64,000 nt of DNA, from positions 12,358 through 76,357 of the forward strand of contig JACQAT010000005.1 in NCBI GenBank assembly GCA_016194865.1, written 5' to 3'. This DNA is from Chloroflexota bacterium. Lineage in GTDB: Bacteria; Chloroflexota; Limnocylindria; P2-11E. Shown here piece after piece: positions 46,168 to 54,782 of the stretch. Within the stretch, counting starts at the first letter, position 1. Each line of letters opens with the position of its first letter. Position numbers and translations under genes: made by a program. The notes beneath the pieces were generated by a model. That model was not told the DNA's origin and did not search any database. It saw only the letters and a program-made list of their open reading frames with translations.

Positions 46168-47745
46168 CTAGACGCCGAGACGCGCGGTGCGGACCTCGAC
46201 GATGTCGGCGTAGTGGCCGATGCGCTCGCGCACGGCGTCGGGGACGGGGTCGTCGAGCGTCAGGATCATGAGCGCCTCGCCGCGCGGATTGCGCCGTCCG
46301 ACCTGCATGGACGAGATGTTCACGTCGTTCTCGCCCAGGACGGTCCCGACGCGGCCGACGAGGCCGGGCTTGTCGGTGTGCTTCGTGAGCAGCAGGTGCC
46401 CCTCGATGGGCACGTCGACCCAGAAGCCGTCGATGCGGACGATGCGCGGCTCGCCCTGCACGAGCGATCCCGCGACCTCGGTCCCGCCGACGCGCAGCGT
46501 GAGCAGGCTCGTGTAGCGCGCGGGCTCGAGCTCCTGGCGCTCGGCGATCGCGAGCCCGCGATCCTTCGCGAGCGCGAGCGCGTTCACGAGATTCACGCGC
46601 TGCTCCGAGAACTGCTCGAGCAGGCCCTTCACGCCAGCGGCGCGCAGCGGCTCCGGGTCGAGCTCGAGCAGCGTCCCCTGATAGACGAGCTCGAGGCTGC
46701 TCGGGCGGCCCTCGAGGAGCTGCGCGGCGAGCGAGCCGAGCCCCTCGGCAAGACGCAGCCACGCGGTGCCGCCCGCCTCTTCGCTCGGCGGGCGCGGCGC
46801 GTTCACCGCGTCGCGCGCGGGCCGGCCCTGCAGCACGTCGATGATCTGGCGCGCCACGTCGACGGAGACGTTCGTCTGCGCCTCGACGGTCGAGCCCGCG
46901 ATGTGCGGCGTGAGGATCGTGCGCGGCGCGGAGCGGAGGGGAGAGTCGGCCGGCAGCGGCTCGGTCGCGAAGACGTCGAGCGCGGCGCCTGCGAGCTCGT
47001 TCTTCTCGAGCGCGCTCGCCAGCGCCGCGGGGTCGACGACCTCGCCGCGCGAGCAGTTCACGAGGATCGCGGTCGGCTTCATCAGCGCGAGCGTCGTCGC
47101 GTTGATCATGCCGCGCGTCTTCTCGGTGAGCGGCGTGTGCAGCGAGATGACGTCGGCGTCGCGCAGCAGCTCGTCGAGCTCGACCAGGCGCGCGCCGAGC
47201 GCGCGCGCGCCGGCCTCGGTCGCGTACGGGTCGTGGGCGATCACGTGCATCTCGAACGCGGCCGCGCGGCGCGCGACGAGCCCGCCCACGCGCCCGATGC
47301 CGATGAGCCCGAGCGTCTTCCCGCGCAGCTCGCGTCCCATGAACGCGCTTCGCGTCCACTTCCCGGCCCGCACGCTCTGGTCGGCGTCGACCACCTTGCG
47401 CAGCAGCGCGAGCGACAGCGTGAGCGCGTGCTCCGCGGCGGCCCAGACGTTGCCGAACGGGGCGTTCACGACGTACACGCCACGCGCCGTGGCGGCCGGC
47501 ACGTCGATGTTGTCGACGCCGACGCCGGCGCGACCGACCACCATGAGCTTCTTCGCCGCGTCCAGGACCTTCGCGGTGACCTTCGTCTCGCTGCGCACGA
47601 CGAGACCGTCGCTGTCGGCGACCTGCTTCAGGAGGTCGGCCTCGCTCAGTCCCGTCGCGACGCGCACCTCGCAGTGCTCCCGCAGGAGGTCGATGCCCTC
47701 CTGCGCGACCGGGTCCGCGACGAGGACGACGGGTCTGTTGCTAAC
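46168..47745 (-). CDS. serA: D-3-phosphoglycerate dehydrogenase
   Basis: VLVADP, GRAGVGVDNID, GIGRVG, TPHIAGST, C-terminal ACT domain (DKPGLVG...NISSMQVGR). No canonical start upstream of 47667, so the start is uncertain. Confidence 0.92.
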   Translation of the reverse strand, partial: VSNRPVVLVADPVAQEGIDLLREHCEVRVATGLSEADLLKQVADSDGLVVRSETKVTAKVLDAAKKLMVVGRAGVGVDNIDVPAATARGVYVVNAPFGNVWAAAEHALTLSLALLRKVVDADQSVRAGKWTRSAFMGRELRGKTLGLIGIGRVGGLVARRAAAFEMHVIAHDPYATEAGARALGARLVELDELLRDADVISLHTPLTEKTRGMINATTLALMKPTAILVNCSRGEVVDPAALASALEKNELAGAALDVFATEPLPADSPLRSAPRTILTPHIAGSTVEAQTNVSVDVARQIIDVLQGRPARDAVNAPRPPSEEAGGTAWLRLAEGLGSLAAQLLEGRPSSLELVYQGTLLELDPEPLRAAGVKGLLEQFSEQRVNLVNALALAKDRGLAIAERQELEPARYTSLLTLRVGGTEVAGSLVQGEPRIVRIDGFWVDVPIEGHLLLTKHTDKPGLVGRVGTVLGENDVNISSMQVGRRNPRGEALMILTLDDPVPDAVRERIGHYADIVEVRTARLGV

Positions 47746-48934
47746 GGCGGCTGCCGACCGGCGTCTTCGCCGGCGGCTGCGTTGCCTCCGCGTACGCGCG
47801 CAGCGCGGCGGTGATGGCGACGCCGGCCTCGACGGGCTGGTTCAGGTCCTTGAGCGTCAGCTCCAGCGCCGAGAGGAAGCCCAGCATGTCCTGCAGGGTC
47901 ACGAAGCCCATGTGGCCGACGCGCGCGATCTGGCCCTCGAGCTTGCCCTGCCCGCCGGCGATGACCGTGTCGTAGTCGTCGCGCAGGACGCGCATGAAGT
48001 TGCGCGAGTCCACGCGCGCGGGCATGCGGAAGGAGGTGCACGTGGGGGAGGCGTGCGCCTCGTCGGCGAAGAGCCCCAGGCCCGCGGCCTGGATCCCGCG
48101 ACGCGTCGCGAGGGCGAGGTCGCGGTGGCGCTTGATGATCGACTCCAGGCCCTCCTCGGCCATCAGCCGCAGCGCCTCCTGCAGCGCGATGACCACGGTG
48201 TTCGCCGGCGTCGCCGGGGTCGAGCCGTGATCGAGCGCGTCCTTGTACGTCTGCAGGTTGAAGTAGAGCTTCGGCAGGTTCGAGCGATCGAATGCCTTCC
48301 AGGCCTTCTCGCTCATCGCGACCATCGACAGCCCTGGAGGCGCGCCCCAGGCCTTCTGGCTCGCGGTGACGCAGACGTCGATGCCCCACTCGTCGATCTC
48401 GAGCTCGACCGCGCCCGCGCCGGACACGCTGTCCACGATGAGCAGCCGCCCGGACTCGCGCACGACGGCGCTGATCTCCTTCAATGGGTTGAGCACGCCG
48501 GTCGAGGTCTCGTTGTGCGTGACGAGGACGGCCTTCGCGCCGTCACGCGCCTTCTCCTTCGCCAGCTCGTCGCGCACGAGGTCTGGCTCGACCGCGCGGC
48601 CCCACGGCACGTCGACGCGCCGCGCGTCCACGCCGTAGGCCCTGCAGATCTGGAAGAAGCGGTCGCCGAAGGCGCCGTTCACGAAGACGAGCACCTTGTC
48701 GCCGCTCGACAGGGTGTTCGCGACCGCGGCCTCCATGCCACCGGATCCGGAAGCGGTCAGCAGCAGCACGTCGCCCTTCGTGCGCAGGAAGTCCTGCAGC
48801 GCGCGGGTGATCGCGGCCATCAGCGCGGCGAACTCGGGGCCGCGGTGGTTGATCATCGGCCGCGCGGACGCGGCGAGCACCGCCTGGGGCACGAAGGTGG
48901 GGCCGGGGATGCGCAGGTTCTGAGGGCGGTACAT
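47741..48934 (-). CDS. Class V PLP aminotransferase (alanine-glyoxylate / serine-pyruvate family)
   Basis: LRIPGPT, HNETSTG, DSVS, SQKAWGAPPGL, RVGHMG; upstream of serA. Confidence 0.92.
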   Translation of the reverse strand: MYRPQNLRIPGPTFVPQAVLAASARPMINHRGPEFAALMAAITRALQDFLRTKGDVLLLTASGSGGMEAAVANTLSSGDKVLVFVNGAFGDRFFQICRAYGVDARRVDVPWGRAVEPDLVRDELAKEKARDGAKAVLVTHNETSTGVLNPLKEISAVVRESGRLLIVDSVSGAGAVELEIDEWGIDVCVTASQKAWGAPPGLSMVAMSEKAWKAFDRSNLPKLYFNLQTYKDALDHGSTPATPANTVVIALQEALRLMAEEGLESIIKRHRDLALATRRGIQAAGLGLFADEAHASPTCTSFRMPARVDSRNFMRVLRDDYDTVIAGGQGKLEGQIARVGHMGFVTLQDMLGFLSALELTLKDLNQPVEAGVAITAALRAYAEATQPPAKTPVGSRR

Positions 48935-49019
48935 GGGAGGAGGGCTCCTTCCGTTTCGCTCGTGCCTATGATGCCAGCGCCGGCCGCGTCAGACAACGCC
49001 GAAGAGAGGAAATGTTGAA

Positions 49020-49679
49020 CTGAAGTTCGCTGCTTCCATCCTCAACGCAGATTTCGGACGCCTCGCCGACGCCGTCCAGGCGGCCCAGGCGGCGGGCGCG
49101 GATTGGATCCACGTCGACGTGATGGACGGCCATTACGTGCCGAATCTCACATTCGGGCCGAAGATGGTCGAGGACCTCCATCGCGCGACGACCCTGCCGC
49201 TCGACGTGCATCTGATGATCGAGCGTCCCGAGATCTGGGTCGATCGCTTCGTCGACGCCGGCGCGTCGTACGTCACTGTGCACATCGAATCGACGGCGGA
49301 TGCAGGGGGCGCGCTCGCGCGCATCCGCGAGCGTGGCGTGCGGCCCGGGATCACGCTCGTCCCCGAAACCCCGCTCGCGCGCATCCTTCCGTACCTCTTG
49401 AGCGTCGACCTCGTCCTCGTCATGAGCGTGAAGCCGGGATTCGGCGGTCAGCCGTTCATCGAGAGCTCCATCGACAAGATCCGCGCGCTGCGCGCGGAGC
49501 TCGATACGCGTGGTCTATCGCGCGTCGAGCTGGAGGTGGACGGCGGCATCAAGGCCGAGAACGCGAGGCGCGTCGCCGATGCGGGCGCCACCGTGCTCGT
49601 CGCGGGCTCCGCGATCTTCCTCGATCCGGCCGGCCCCCACGTGGCGCTCGCGAAGCTGAAGCGCGCGGCCTCGGGCTAG
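49020..49679 (+). CDS. rpe: Ribulose-phosphate 3-epimerase
   Basis: ASILNADF, HVDVMDGHYVPNLTFG, DVHLMI, MSVKPGFGGQ, VDGGI. Probable CTG start at 49020. Confidence 0.93.
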   Translation: MKFAASILNADFGRLADAVQAAQAAGADWIHVDVMDGHYVPNLTFGPKMVEDLHRATTLPLDVHLMIERPEIWVDRFVDAGASYVTVHIESTADAGGALARIRERGVRPGITLVPETPLARILPYLLSVDLVLVMSVKPGFGGQPFIESSIDKIRALRAELDTRGLSRVELEVDGGIKAENARRVADAGATVLVAGSAIFLDPAGPHVALAKLKRAASG

Positions 49680-50044
49680 TCCTCGTCCCCGAGCCCGAGC
49701 TCGTGTAAGCGTTCGTCCGAGATGCCGAAGTGATGCGCGATCTCGTGCACGACCGTGTCGCGGACGATGCGCGCCTGGATGTGCGGCGACGCGCTGATGG
49801 ACTCGATCGGCCTGCGGAAGATCGTGATGCGGTCTGGCAGATAGGGCTCGTCCAGGCCGCGCTGCGTCAGTGGGACACCTTCGTACAGTCCGAGCAGCGT
49901 TCCGCCATCGGGCAGGCGCGCCGCATCTGGCTCGTCCTCGACGATGATCTCGACATTGCGCATCCGTTCGCGGAACCGGGGCGGGAGATCGGCCAGGGCA
50001 CGTCTGACGAGGCGTGCGAAACGGGCGCGCCGCAGGTCCGACAT
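49676..50044 (-). CDS. Zincin-like metallopeptidase family protein
   Basis: LLGLYEGVP, PDRITIFRRP, HEIAHHFG (HExxH). Confidence 0.9.
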   Translation of the reverse strand: MSDLRRARFARLVRRALADLPPRFRERMRNVEIIVEDEPDAARLPDGGTLLGLYEGVPLTQRGLDEPYLPDRITIFRRPIESISASPHIQARIVRDTVVHEIAHHFGISDERLHELGLGDED

Positions 50045-50053
50045 GCGGTCACT

Positions 50054-50662
50054 CTAGTCAACCTCTTGACCCTCGCCGCAGATGACGCGGAGCCGTCGCA
50101 GCGCGCGCGCACGCATGCGGCACACGCCGGACTCCGAGAGGCCGACGCGCGCGCCGATCTCCTTCAGCGTGTAGCCGCGTCCGAACGACAGCACGATCAC
50201 CCGGCGCTCGAGCGCGGGCAGGCGGCGGACACAGGCGCGGACCCCCGCCCAGCGCGCGTCCTGCGTCGAGCGGCACACGGCAGCGGAGCGCTGCGGCGGC
50301 TCCAGTCCGTGCTCGAGGCAGCGATCGAGCGAGACCTCGAGGTACGGAGGCGCGAGCTCGCTGTCGGCCGCGCGTGCCGCCTTGTACTCGCGCCGCGCGG
50401 TGCGCGTGAGCGGATCGCGGGCGCGCAGCGCGTCGAGCACCTGGCCGCGCACGCGACGCGCGGCGTATGCCCCGAACGGCGCGCCCGCCGTGGACCGGTA
50501 GCGCCGCGCCGCCTGGACCAGACCGAGGACGCCCCAGGCGATCAGGTCTTCGCGCTCCGCGCCGCGACAGCGTGGGTCGAGCGAGCGCGCCGCGACGGAT
50601 CTCGCGTAGCCGAGGTGCGCGATGATGCGGTCGTCGATCGCCCCGTTCGGCTCCACATCCAC
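50054..50662 (-). CDS. Sigma-70 family RNA polymerase sigma factor (short FliA/WhiG-like)
   Basis: EDLIAWGVLGLVQAA, F.AYA..RVRG.VLD.LR, TLKEIGARVGLSES.VCR. Start is GTG 50662 or 50656. Confidence 0.85.
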   Translation of the reverse strand: MDVEPNGAIDDRIIAHLGYARSVAARSLDPRCRGAEREDLIAWGVLGLVQAARRYRSTAGAPFGAYAARRVRGQVLDALRARDPLTRTARREYKAARAADSELAPPYLEVSLDRCLEHGLEPPQRSAAVCRSTQDARWAGVRACVRRLPALERRVIVLSFGRGYTLKEIGARVGLSESGVCRMRARALRRLRVICGEGQEVD

Positions 50663-50682
50663 TCCCCTTGGCGCTCGCCGCG

Positions 50683-50711
50683 AACGTACGAGACGCGCCC
50701 ATAGGTGTCAA
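50683..50711 (-). promoter_or_regulatory. Sigma-70 type promoter of the sigma factor gene
   Basis: Minus strand TTGACA (50711-50706), 17-nt spacer, TACGTT (50688-50683). Confidence 0.65.
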
Positions 50712-50723
50712 TAGCGAATTGAC

Positions 50724-51260
50724 ATGTTATCCACAGAAATGATGGCGCTCACGCTCTTCGACCGCTACGCATACCCCGACTGGCTGCGACGGCACAGCCT
50801 GGCGGTCGGCCGGATCGCCATGGCGCTCGCGGCGGCGCACCGCCGCGCCGGCCACGACCTCGACCCCGACGCGGTCGGCCTCGCCGGGTACCTGCATGAC
50901 ATCGGCAAGAGCCCGCTCCTCGACGGCGACGGCCGGGATCACAACCAGATCTCGGCGCTTGTGGTGAGCGCGCATGGCCACGCCGACCTTGCGGAGCTCG
51001 TGCGCCGGCACCCGGTCTACGCCTCGATGGACCCGGGGCTCGCCCCGCGGACCCTGGCGGAGCGCATCGTGCACTACGCGGATCGGCGTGGTCTGTTCGA
51101 GGTCGTCACACTCGAGGAGCGGATGGGAGAGCAGCAGGCGCGCGCCCCACAGTTCGTGCATCTGCGCGACGCGCAGCTGCGCGCGGTGCGCGAGATCGAG
51201 CGCAGCGTGTTCGACGGCCTGCCGTTCGGACCCGATCAGCTGGCTGAGCAGGTGACGTGA
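50724..51260 (+). CDS. HD domain (HDIG) protein
   Basis: HSLAV, LHDIGK, RRH, YADRR motifs. Start is ATG 50724 or 50739. Confidence 0.85.
   Translation: MLSTEMMALTLFDRYAYPDWLRRHSLAVGRIAMALAAAHRRAGHDLDPDAVGLAGYLHDIGKSPLLDGDGRDHNQISALVVSAHGHADLAELVRRHPVYASMDPGLAPRTLAERIVHYADRRGLFEVVTLEERMGEQQARAPQFVHLRDAQLRAVREIERSVFDGLPFGPDQLAEQVT
50727..50735 (+). promoter_or_regulatory. Consensus DnaA box
   Basis: Exact TTATCCACA beside the TGTCAAT-N5-ATTGACA palindrome. Confidence 0.45.
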
Positions 51261-52465
51261 ACGCGAACAAGGACCGCCTGGCGCGGCGGATCGCGGAGCT
51301 GAGCGCCATCGGCGGGCACGGCGACGCGGTGACGCGGCTCGGCCTCACGCTCGCGGAAGCGCAGGCGCAGGAGCTCGTCGCGTCATGGCTGCGCGCGCGC
51401 GGCGCGGCGATCCGCACCGACGAGGCGCGGAACGTCTACGGGCGATTCGGTGGTCCCGGCCCCGCGGTGCTCGTGGGCTCGCATCTCGACTCCGTTCCCG
51501 AAGGCGGCCGGTATGACGGCGCGCTCGGCGTCCTCTGCGCGGTCGAAGCGGTCGACACCATCCTCGACGCGGGTCGCACCCTTCGGCGGCCGCTCGAGGT
51601 GGTCGGCTGGTGCGATGAGGAGGGCGCGCGGTTCGGCATCGGGCTCTTCGGCTCGACGGCCGCGTTCGGAAGGCTCCCGGCGAAGGCCGCGGAGCGACGC
51701 GACCGCGACGGCATCTCGATCGCCGACGCGCTGCGCGCGCTCGGTGCGTCCGGCGATCCCGAGCGGGCCCGCTACACCGATCCGTTGTCGGCGTATCTCG
51801 AGCTGCACATCGAGCAGGGGCCGCGGCTCGAGACGCGCGGCATCCCGCTGGGCGTCGTCAGCGACATCGTCGGCATCTTCCATGGCCTCGTCCGCGTCAC
51901 CGGACGTGCCGACCACGCGGGCGCGACCGTCATGGGCGCGCGCAAGGACGCGCTCGCGGGCGCGGCGGAGATGGCGCTCGGGCTCGAGCGCATCGCGTCC
52001 GCCATGATCGACGCCGTCGGCACGGTCGGCGAGATCGCCGTGCGTCCCGGCGCGAAGAACGTCGTACCCGGCCAGTGCACCTTCTCGATCGACGTGCGCG
52101 CGCCGGACCAGGAGCGGGTCGACGCGGTGCTCCGCGCGTTCCGTGTCGAGGCGCGCCGCATCTGCGACGCGCGCGGGCTCACGTTCCTCGTCGACCAGCT
52201 CGCGTCCGTGCCACCGGTCCCGATGGACGCGAAGCTCACCGACCTGTTCCTGCGCAGCGCCAAGGCGGTGGGCGTCGACGCGCCGCTCCTCGTATCCGGC
52301 GCCGGCCACGACACGTCGAACCCCGCGCTCGGCGGCGTGCCCTCCGGCATGCTCTTCGTCCGCTCGACCGGTGGCTCGCACACGCCGACCGAGCACGCGA
52401 GCGTCGAGGACGCGACGCTCGGCGCCACCGTGCTCGCCATCGCGCTGGCGGAGCTGTGTGGGTGA
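51257..52465 (+). CDS. M20 Zn-dependent hydrolase (allantoate amidohydrolase / N-carbamoylase family)
   Basis: GSHLDSVP.GG.YDG.LG, DEEG.RF, ELHIEQG, SGAGHD, GGSH. Confidence 0.92.
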   Translation: MNANKDRLARRIAELSAIGGHGDAVTRLGLTLAEAQAQELVASWLRARGAAIRTDEARNVYGRFGGPGPAVLVGSHLDSVPEGGRYDGALGVLCAVEAVDTILDAGRTLRRPLEVVGWCDEEGARFGIGLFGSTAAFGRLPAKAAERRDRDGISIADALRALGASGDPERARYTDPLSAYLELHIEQGPRLETRGIPLGVVSDIVGIFHGLVRVTGRADHAGATVMGARKDALAGAAEMALGLERIASAMIDAVGTVGEIAVRPGAKNVVPGQCTFSIDVRAPDQERVDAVLRAFRVEARRICDARGLTFLVDQLASVPPVPMDAKLTDLFLRSAKAVGVDAPLLVSGAGHDTSNPALGGVPSGMLFVRSTGGSHTPTEHASVEDATLGATVLAIALAELCG

Positions 52466-52474
52466 GCGGCGACA

Positions 52475-52568
52475 GCTGCGTCTGCTCCGGAATGGCCTCG
52501 ACCGAGAACTCGATCTTCACGTGATCGCCGGCCACGGTCACGTTGGTGTGCGCGGGGTCGACCTGCGA
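52475..52568 (-). pseudogene. YceI family remnant (N- and C-termini fused)
   Basis: Reads SQVDPAHTNV-TVAGDHVKIEFSVEAIPEQT, resembling the YceI N-terminal 'W.IDP.H..V' joined to the C-terminal 'VGD.VKI...VEA'. Confidence 0.55.
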
Positions 52569-52654
52569 ACTACCCCGACGCCGGGGCCCGGAATACGGAC
52601 ACGAGCCGCATAAACCTGTCCGCGTCCGTCGTGTCGCGCGAGGAGTCGGGTCCT

Positions 52655-52700
52655 CTTCCTTTCAAGGAAGAGGTCATGGGTTCGAATCCCCTCGGGTCTA
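52655..52700 (+). pseudogene. 3' tRNA fragment (tRNA-Glu(TTC)-like)
   Basis: CTTCC-TTTCAA-GGAAG AGGTC ATGGG-TTCGAAT-CCCCT CGGGTCT A. Anticodon arm has a 6-nt loop and the T-stem has a mismatch; no D-arm or 5' acceptor strand upstream. Confidence 0.65.
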
Positions 52701-52732
52701 CGAATTTCATCGAGCCGCGCGCTCGACGGTCT

Positions 52733-54004
52733 CTACGCGCAGAGCTTCGGGAACTTCTTCACCACGAGCGTGTCGAAATCCTTGCCCGCTTCCGTAGTCG
52801 CATCGTGATCGTGCCATTCGGGGCCGGTTGGATCGACGGTAGCTGTTGAATCCGCGGCCTTCGGCTTTATCTGCACCGTCAGCTTCACAGTCCACTCGAA
52901 GTAGCCGAGGATCTTGAACGGCTTGCAACAGATGAACCAGGTCCGATAGTTGGTCTCGCGCTTGAACTCCCCAGGTGGGAACTTCTTGTCCTTGGGATAG
53001 ACCCAGCCGGGGGCGTCGAGGGTCATCGGCTCGCCGGGGATCGTGCCGATCGATGAGGGGTCGTCAGCTGACTTCGGCCCATCGAGCTCCCAGGCTGGAG
53101 CCTTTCCGGGCTTTGGCTGCGTGACTACGGGCGTACCTCCGTCAGGGGTGACCTGTTCGAGCACTACGCGCTTGAGCTGGACTCGCTTGGAACTGGTGCA
53201 ACCGCCGGGTGCCTCCGCCAGTTGAAAGACCTTCCAATAGCCAAAGTGCACTCCGCCCGGGGTCTTCGTTCCCGAGCCATCGCCCTTCGAGTCGCTCGCC
53301 CGGACCTTTCCGCCGCCAGCGACATCGGCTTTGACCACCTTATCGATCGTCACGGTCGGTCCGTCAGGAAGGAACTTGACCTTGAACGTGTCGCCGTCTT
53401 TGTCGATGTCCGTGTCGGCACCGCCCACAGGCATCTTCTTCTTGGGCCACTCGCCCGGCTTCGGCGTCTCCTCCTGCAGCAGCGGTCCGTCTTGCAGCAG
53501 GACGCCTGGGCGCGGTCTGCGTCCGAGCTCGCGGAGCAGCCGAGTGCGACGGGCCCGTTCTGCGCGCGTAGCGCTCTGCCCTCTGCGCTTGAGCTCTTGG
53601 AGGCTGCGAGGTGCGGCCTCCGCTGCTTCATTCACCGCAGCCAGCGCGCGCTCGAGTTGGCTGGTCCACTGGACGAAAAATGCGTCCGCATGCGGTCCCC
53701 ACACAGTTCGGACCTGATTCGCATGGAACCGCCCAAGAGCGGTCCATTCGGCGCGGGTTCGCGCCTGGCGTTGCGCGCTCGCCGCCGCATCGAGGATCTG
53801 GAACGCGGTACCTGCCATCTCGGCCTCGAAGGTCTCGAGCTTGCCCGTGAACCAATCCGCGAGCTGGGGCTCGTCCGAGAAGAATCTCGGCAGCGTGAGC
53901 AACGACTCGCGCCACGCTCGTAACTCGAGCTGCAGAGGTATGCGAACGACTGAGCGAATGGGCCGTCCGCTCGGACGCGCCTGCGGTCGCGGCCGGGTCG
54001 TCAA
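52733..54004 (-). CDS. Hypothetical protein (helical N-terminus, Gly/Lys/Pro-rich beta-type C-terminus)
   Basis: Long ORF with codon usage less GC-biased than core genes; TTG 54004 just after the upstream stop; no family recognised. Confidence 0.6.
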   Translation of the reverse strand: MTTRPRPQARPSGRPIRSVVRIPLQLELRAWRESLLTLPRFFSDEPQLADWFTGKLETFEAEMAGTAFQILDAAASAQRQARTRAEWTALGRFHANQVRTVWGPHADAFFVQWTSQLERALAAVNEAAEAAPRSLQELKRRGQSATRAERARRTRLLRELGRRPRPGVLLQDGPLLQEETPKPGEWPKKKMPVGGADTDIDKDGDTFKVKFLPDGPTVTIDKVVKADVAGGGKVRASDSKGDGSGTKTPGGVHFGYWKVFQLAEAPGGCTSSKRVQLKRVVLEQVTPDGGTPVVTQPKPGKAPAWELDGPKSADDPSSIGTIPGEPMTLDAPGWVYPKDKKFPPGEFKRETNYRTWFICCKPFKILGYFEWTVKLTVQIKPKAADSTATVDPTGPEWHDHDATTEAGKDFDTLVVKKFPKLCA

Positions 54005-54008
54005 GGCG

Positions 54009-54782
54009 CTACCAGCACAGGCAGTTGGCCCAGCGGTGCACCTGATGGCAAGTGCCATCGCAGTTCGCGTTCACGCACTGGGATCTGACCGGAAGCGCGG
54101 TGCACCAACCACCGTCTTCGCATGTACAGCTCAGCAGCGTGTTTCCCTGCCATTTCTGCCGACAGCGATCGAGGCACCACATGTTCTGGCACTTCCAGAC
54201 AACGACATCGACGCACCCGCCGAGCGGCGTCGGGCTCAGGATGTGGATCGGCCGCCGTTCCAATCGATCGCGCCCGACCATCCGCCCGATCGTCAGGAGA
54301 TCCTGGCCTCTTGTGCGTAAGCGGCGAAAGCGCAGTTCGTCCACCCGGATCTGGTCGCTCGTGCCGGGAACACCGAAGCGGAGCCCGTCGAACGATGTCA
54401 CTTGGCGCCAACCGCGTTCGCGCTTCTCCGGCATGCGCATGGAGACCTTTTTCCAGCGGCGCGATCCCCACACGACATCGCCCTCAAGCTCTCCTAGAAA
54501 GCCGAAGCCGTTCTCGTCCGCGAACAGTGATAACGCCTTCGGCCGGACCAGTACGAGCGTGCGTCCGACCTCGAGAAAGACTCCGGCACCGATGAAGTCC
54601 CGCGGGCGGCGCACTTCGCGGCCAACGTATCGAGCCTTCTGATCGCGAAAGGCCACAACGCTCGGACGAAACTCGACTCGGGGTCTTTCGGCCACGCCGG
54701 CCACTTCATTCTCCAGATGCGTCGGCACCGGGCGCACTCGACCGCGCCGTGCAGGCGTCATCGACATTACTCGGGCAGTCAA
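54009..54782 (-). CDS. Hypothetical protein with two C-terminal six-cysteine repeats
   Basis: 12 Cys in the last 68 aa, arranged as two C-x7/8-C-x4-C-x3-C-x11/8-C-x-C units. Confidence 0.65.
   Translation of the reverse strand: MTARVMSMTPARRGRVRPVPTHLENEVAGVAERPRVEFRPSVVAFRDQKARYVGREVRRPRDFIGAGVFLEVGRTLVLVRPKALSLFADENGFGFLGELEGDVVWGSRRWKKVSMRMPEKRERGWRQVTSFDGLRFGVPGTSDQIRVDELRFRRLRTRGQDLLTIGRMVGRDRLERRPIHILSPTPLGGCVDVVVWKCQNMWCLDRCRQKWQGNTLLSCTCEDGGWCTALPVRSQCVNANCDGTCHQVHRWANCLCW

Noticed and set aside
50700-50740. Replication origin
   Set aside because: Only one DnaA box, no box cluster or unwinding element, and no dnaA/dnaN nearby.
52630-52703. Intact tRNA, or tRNA-Sec/opal suppressor (TCA within the loop)
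   Set aside because: There is no D-arm or 5' acceptor strand, the loop is 6 nt and the variable region is short; best treated as a fragment.
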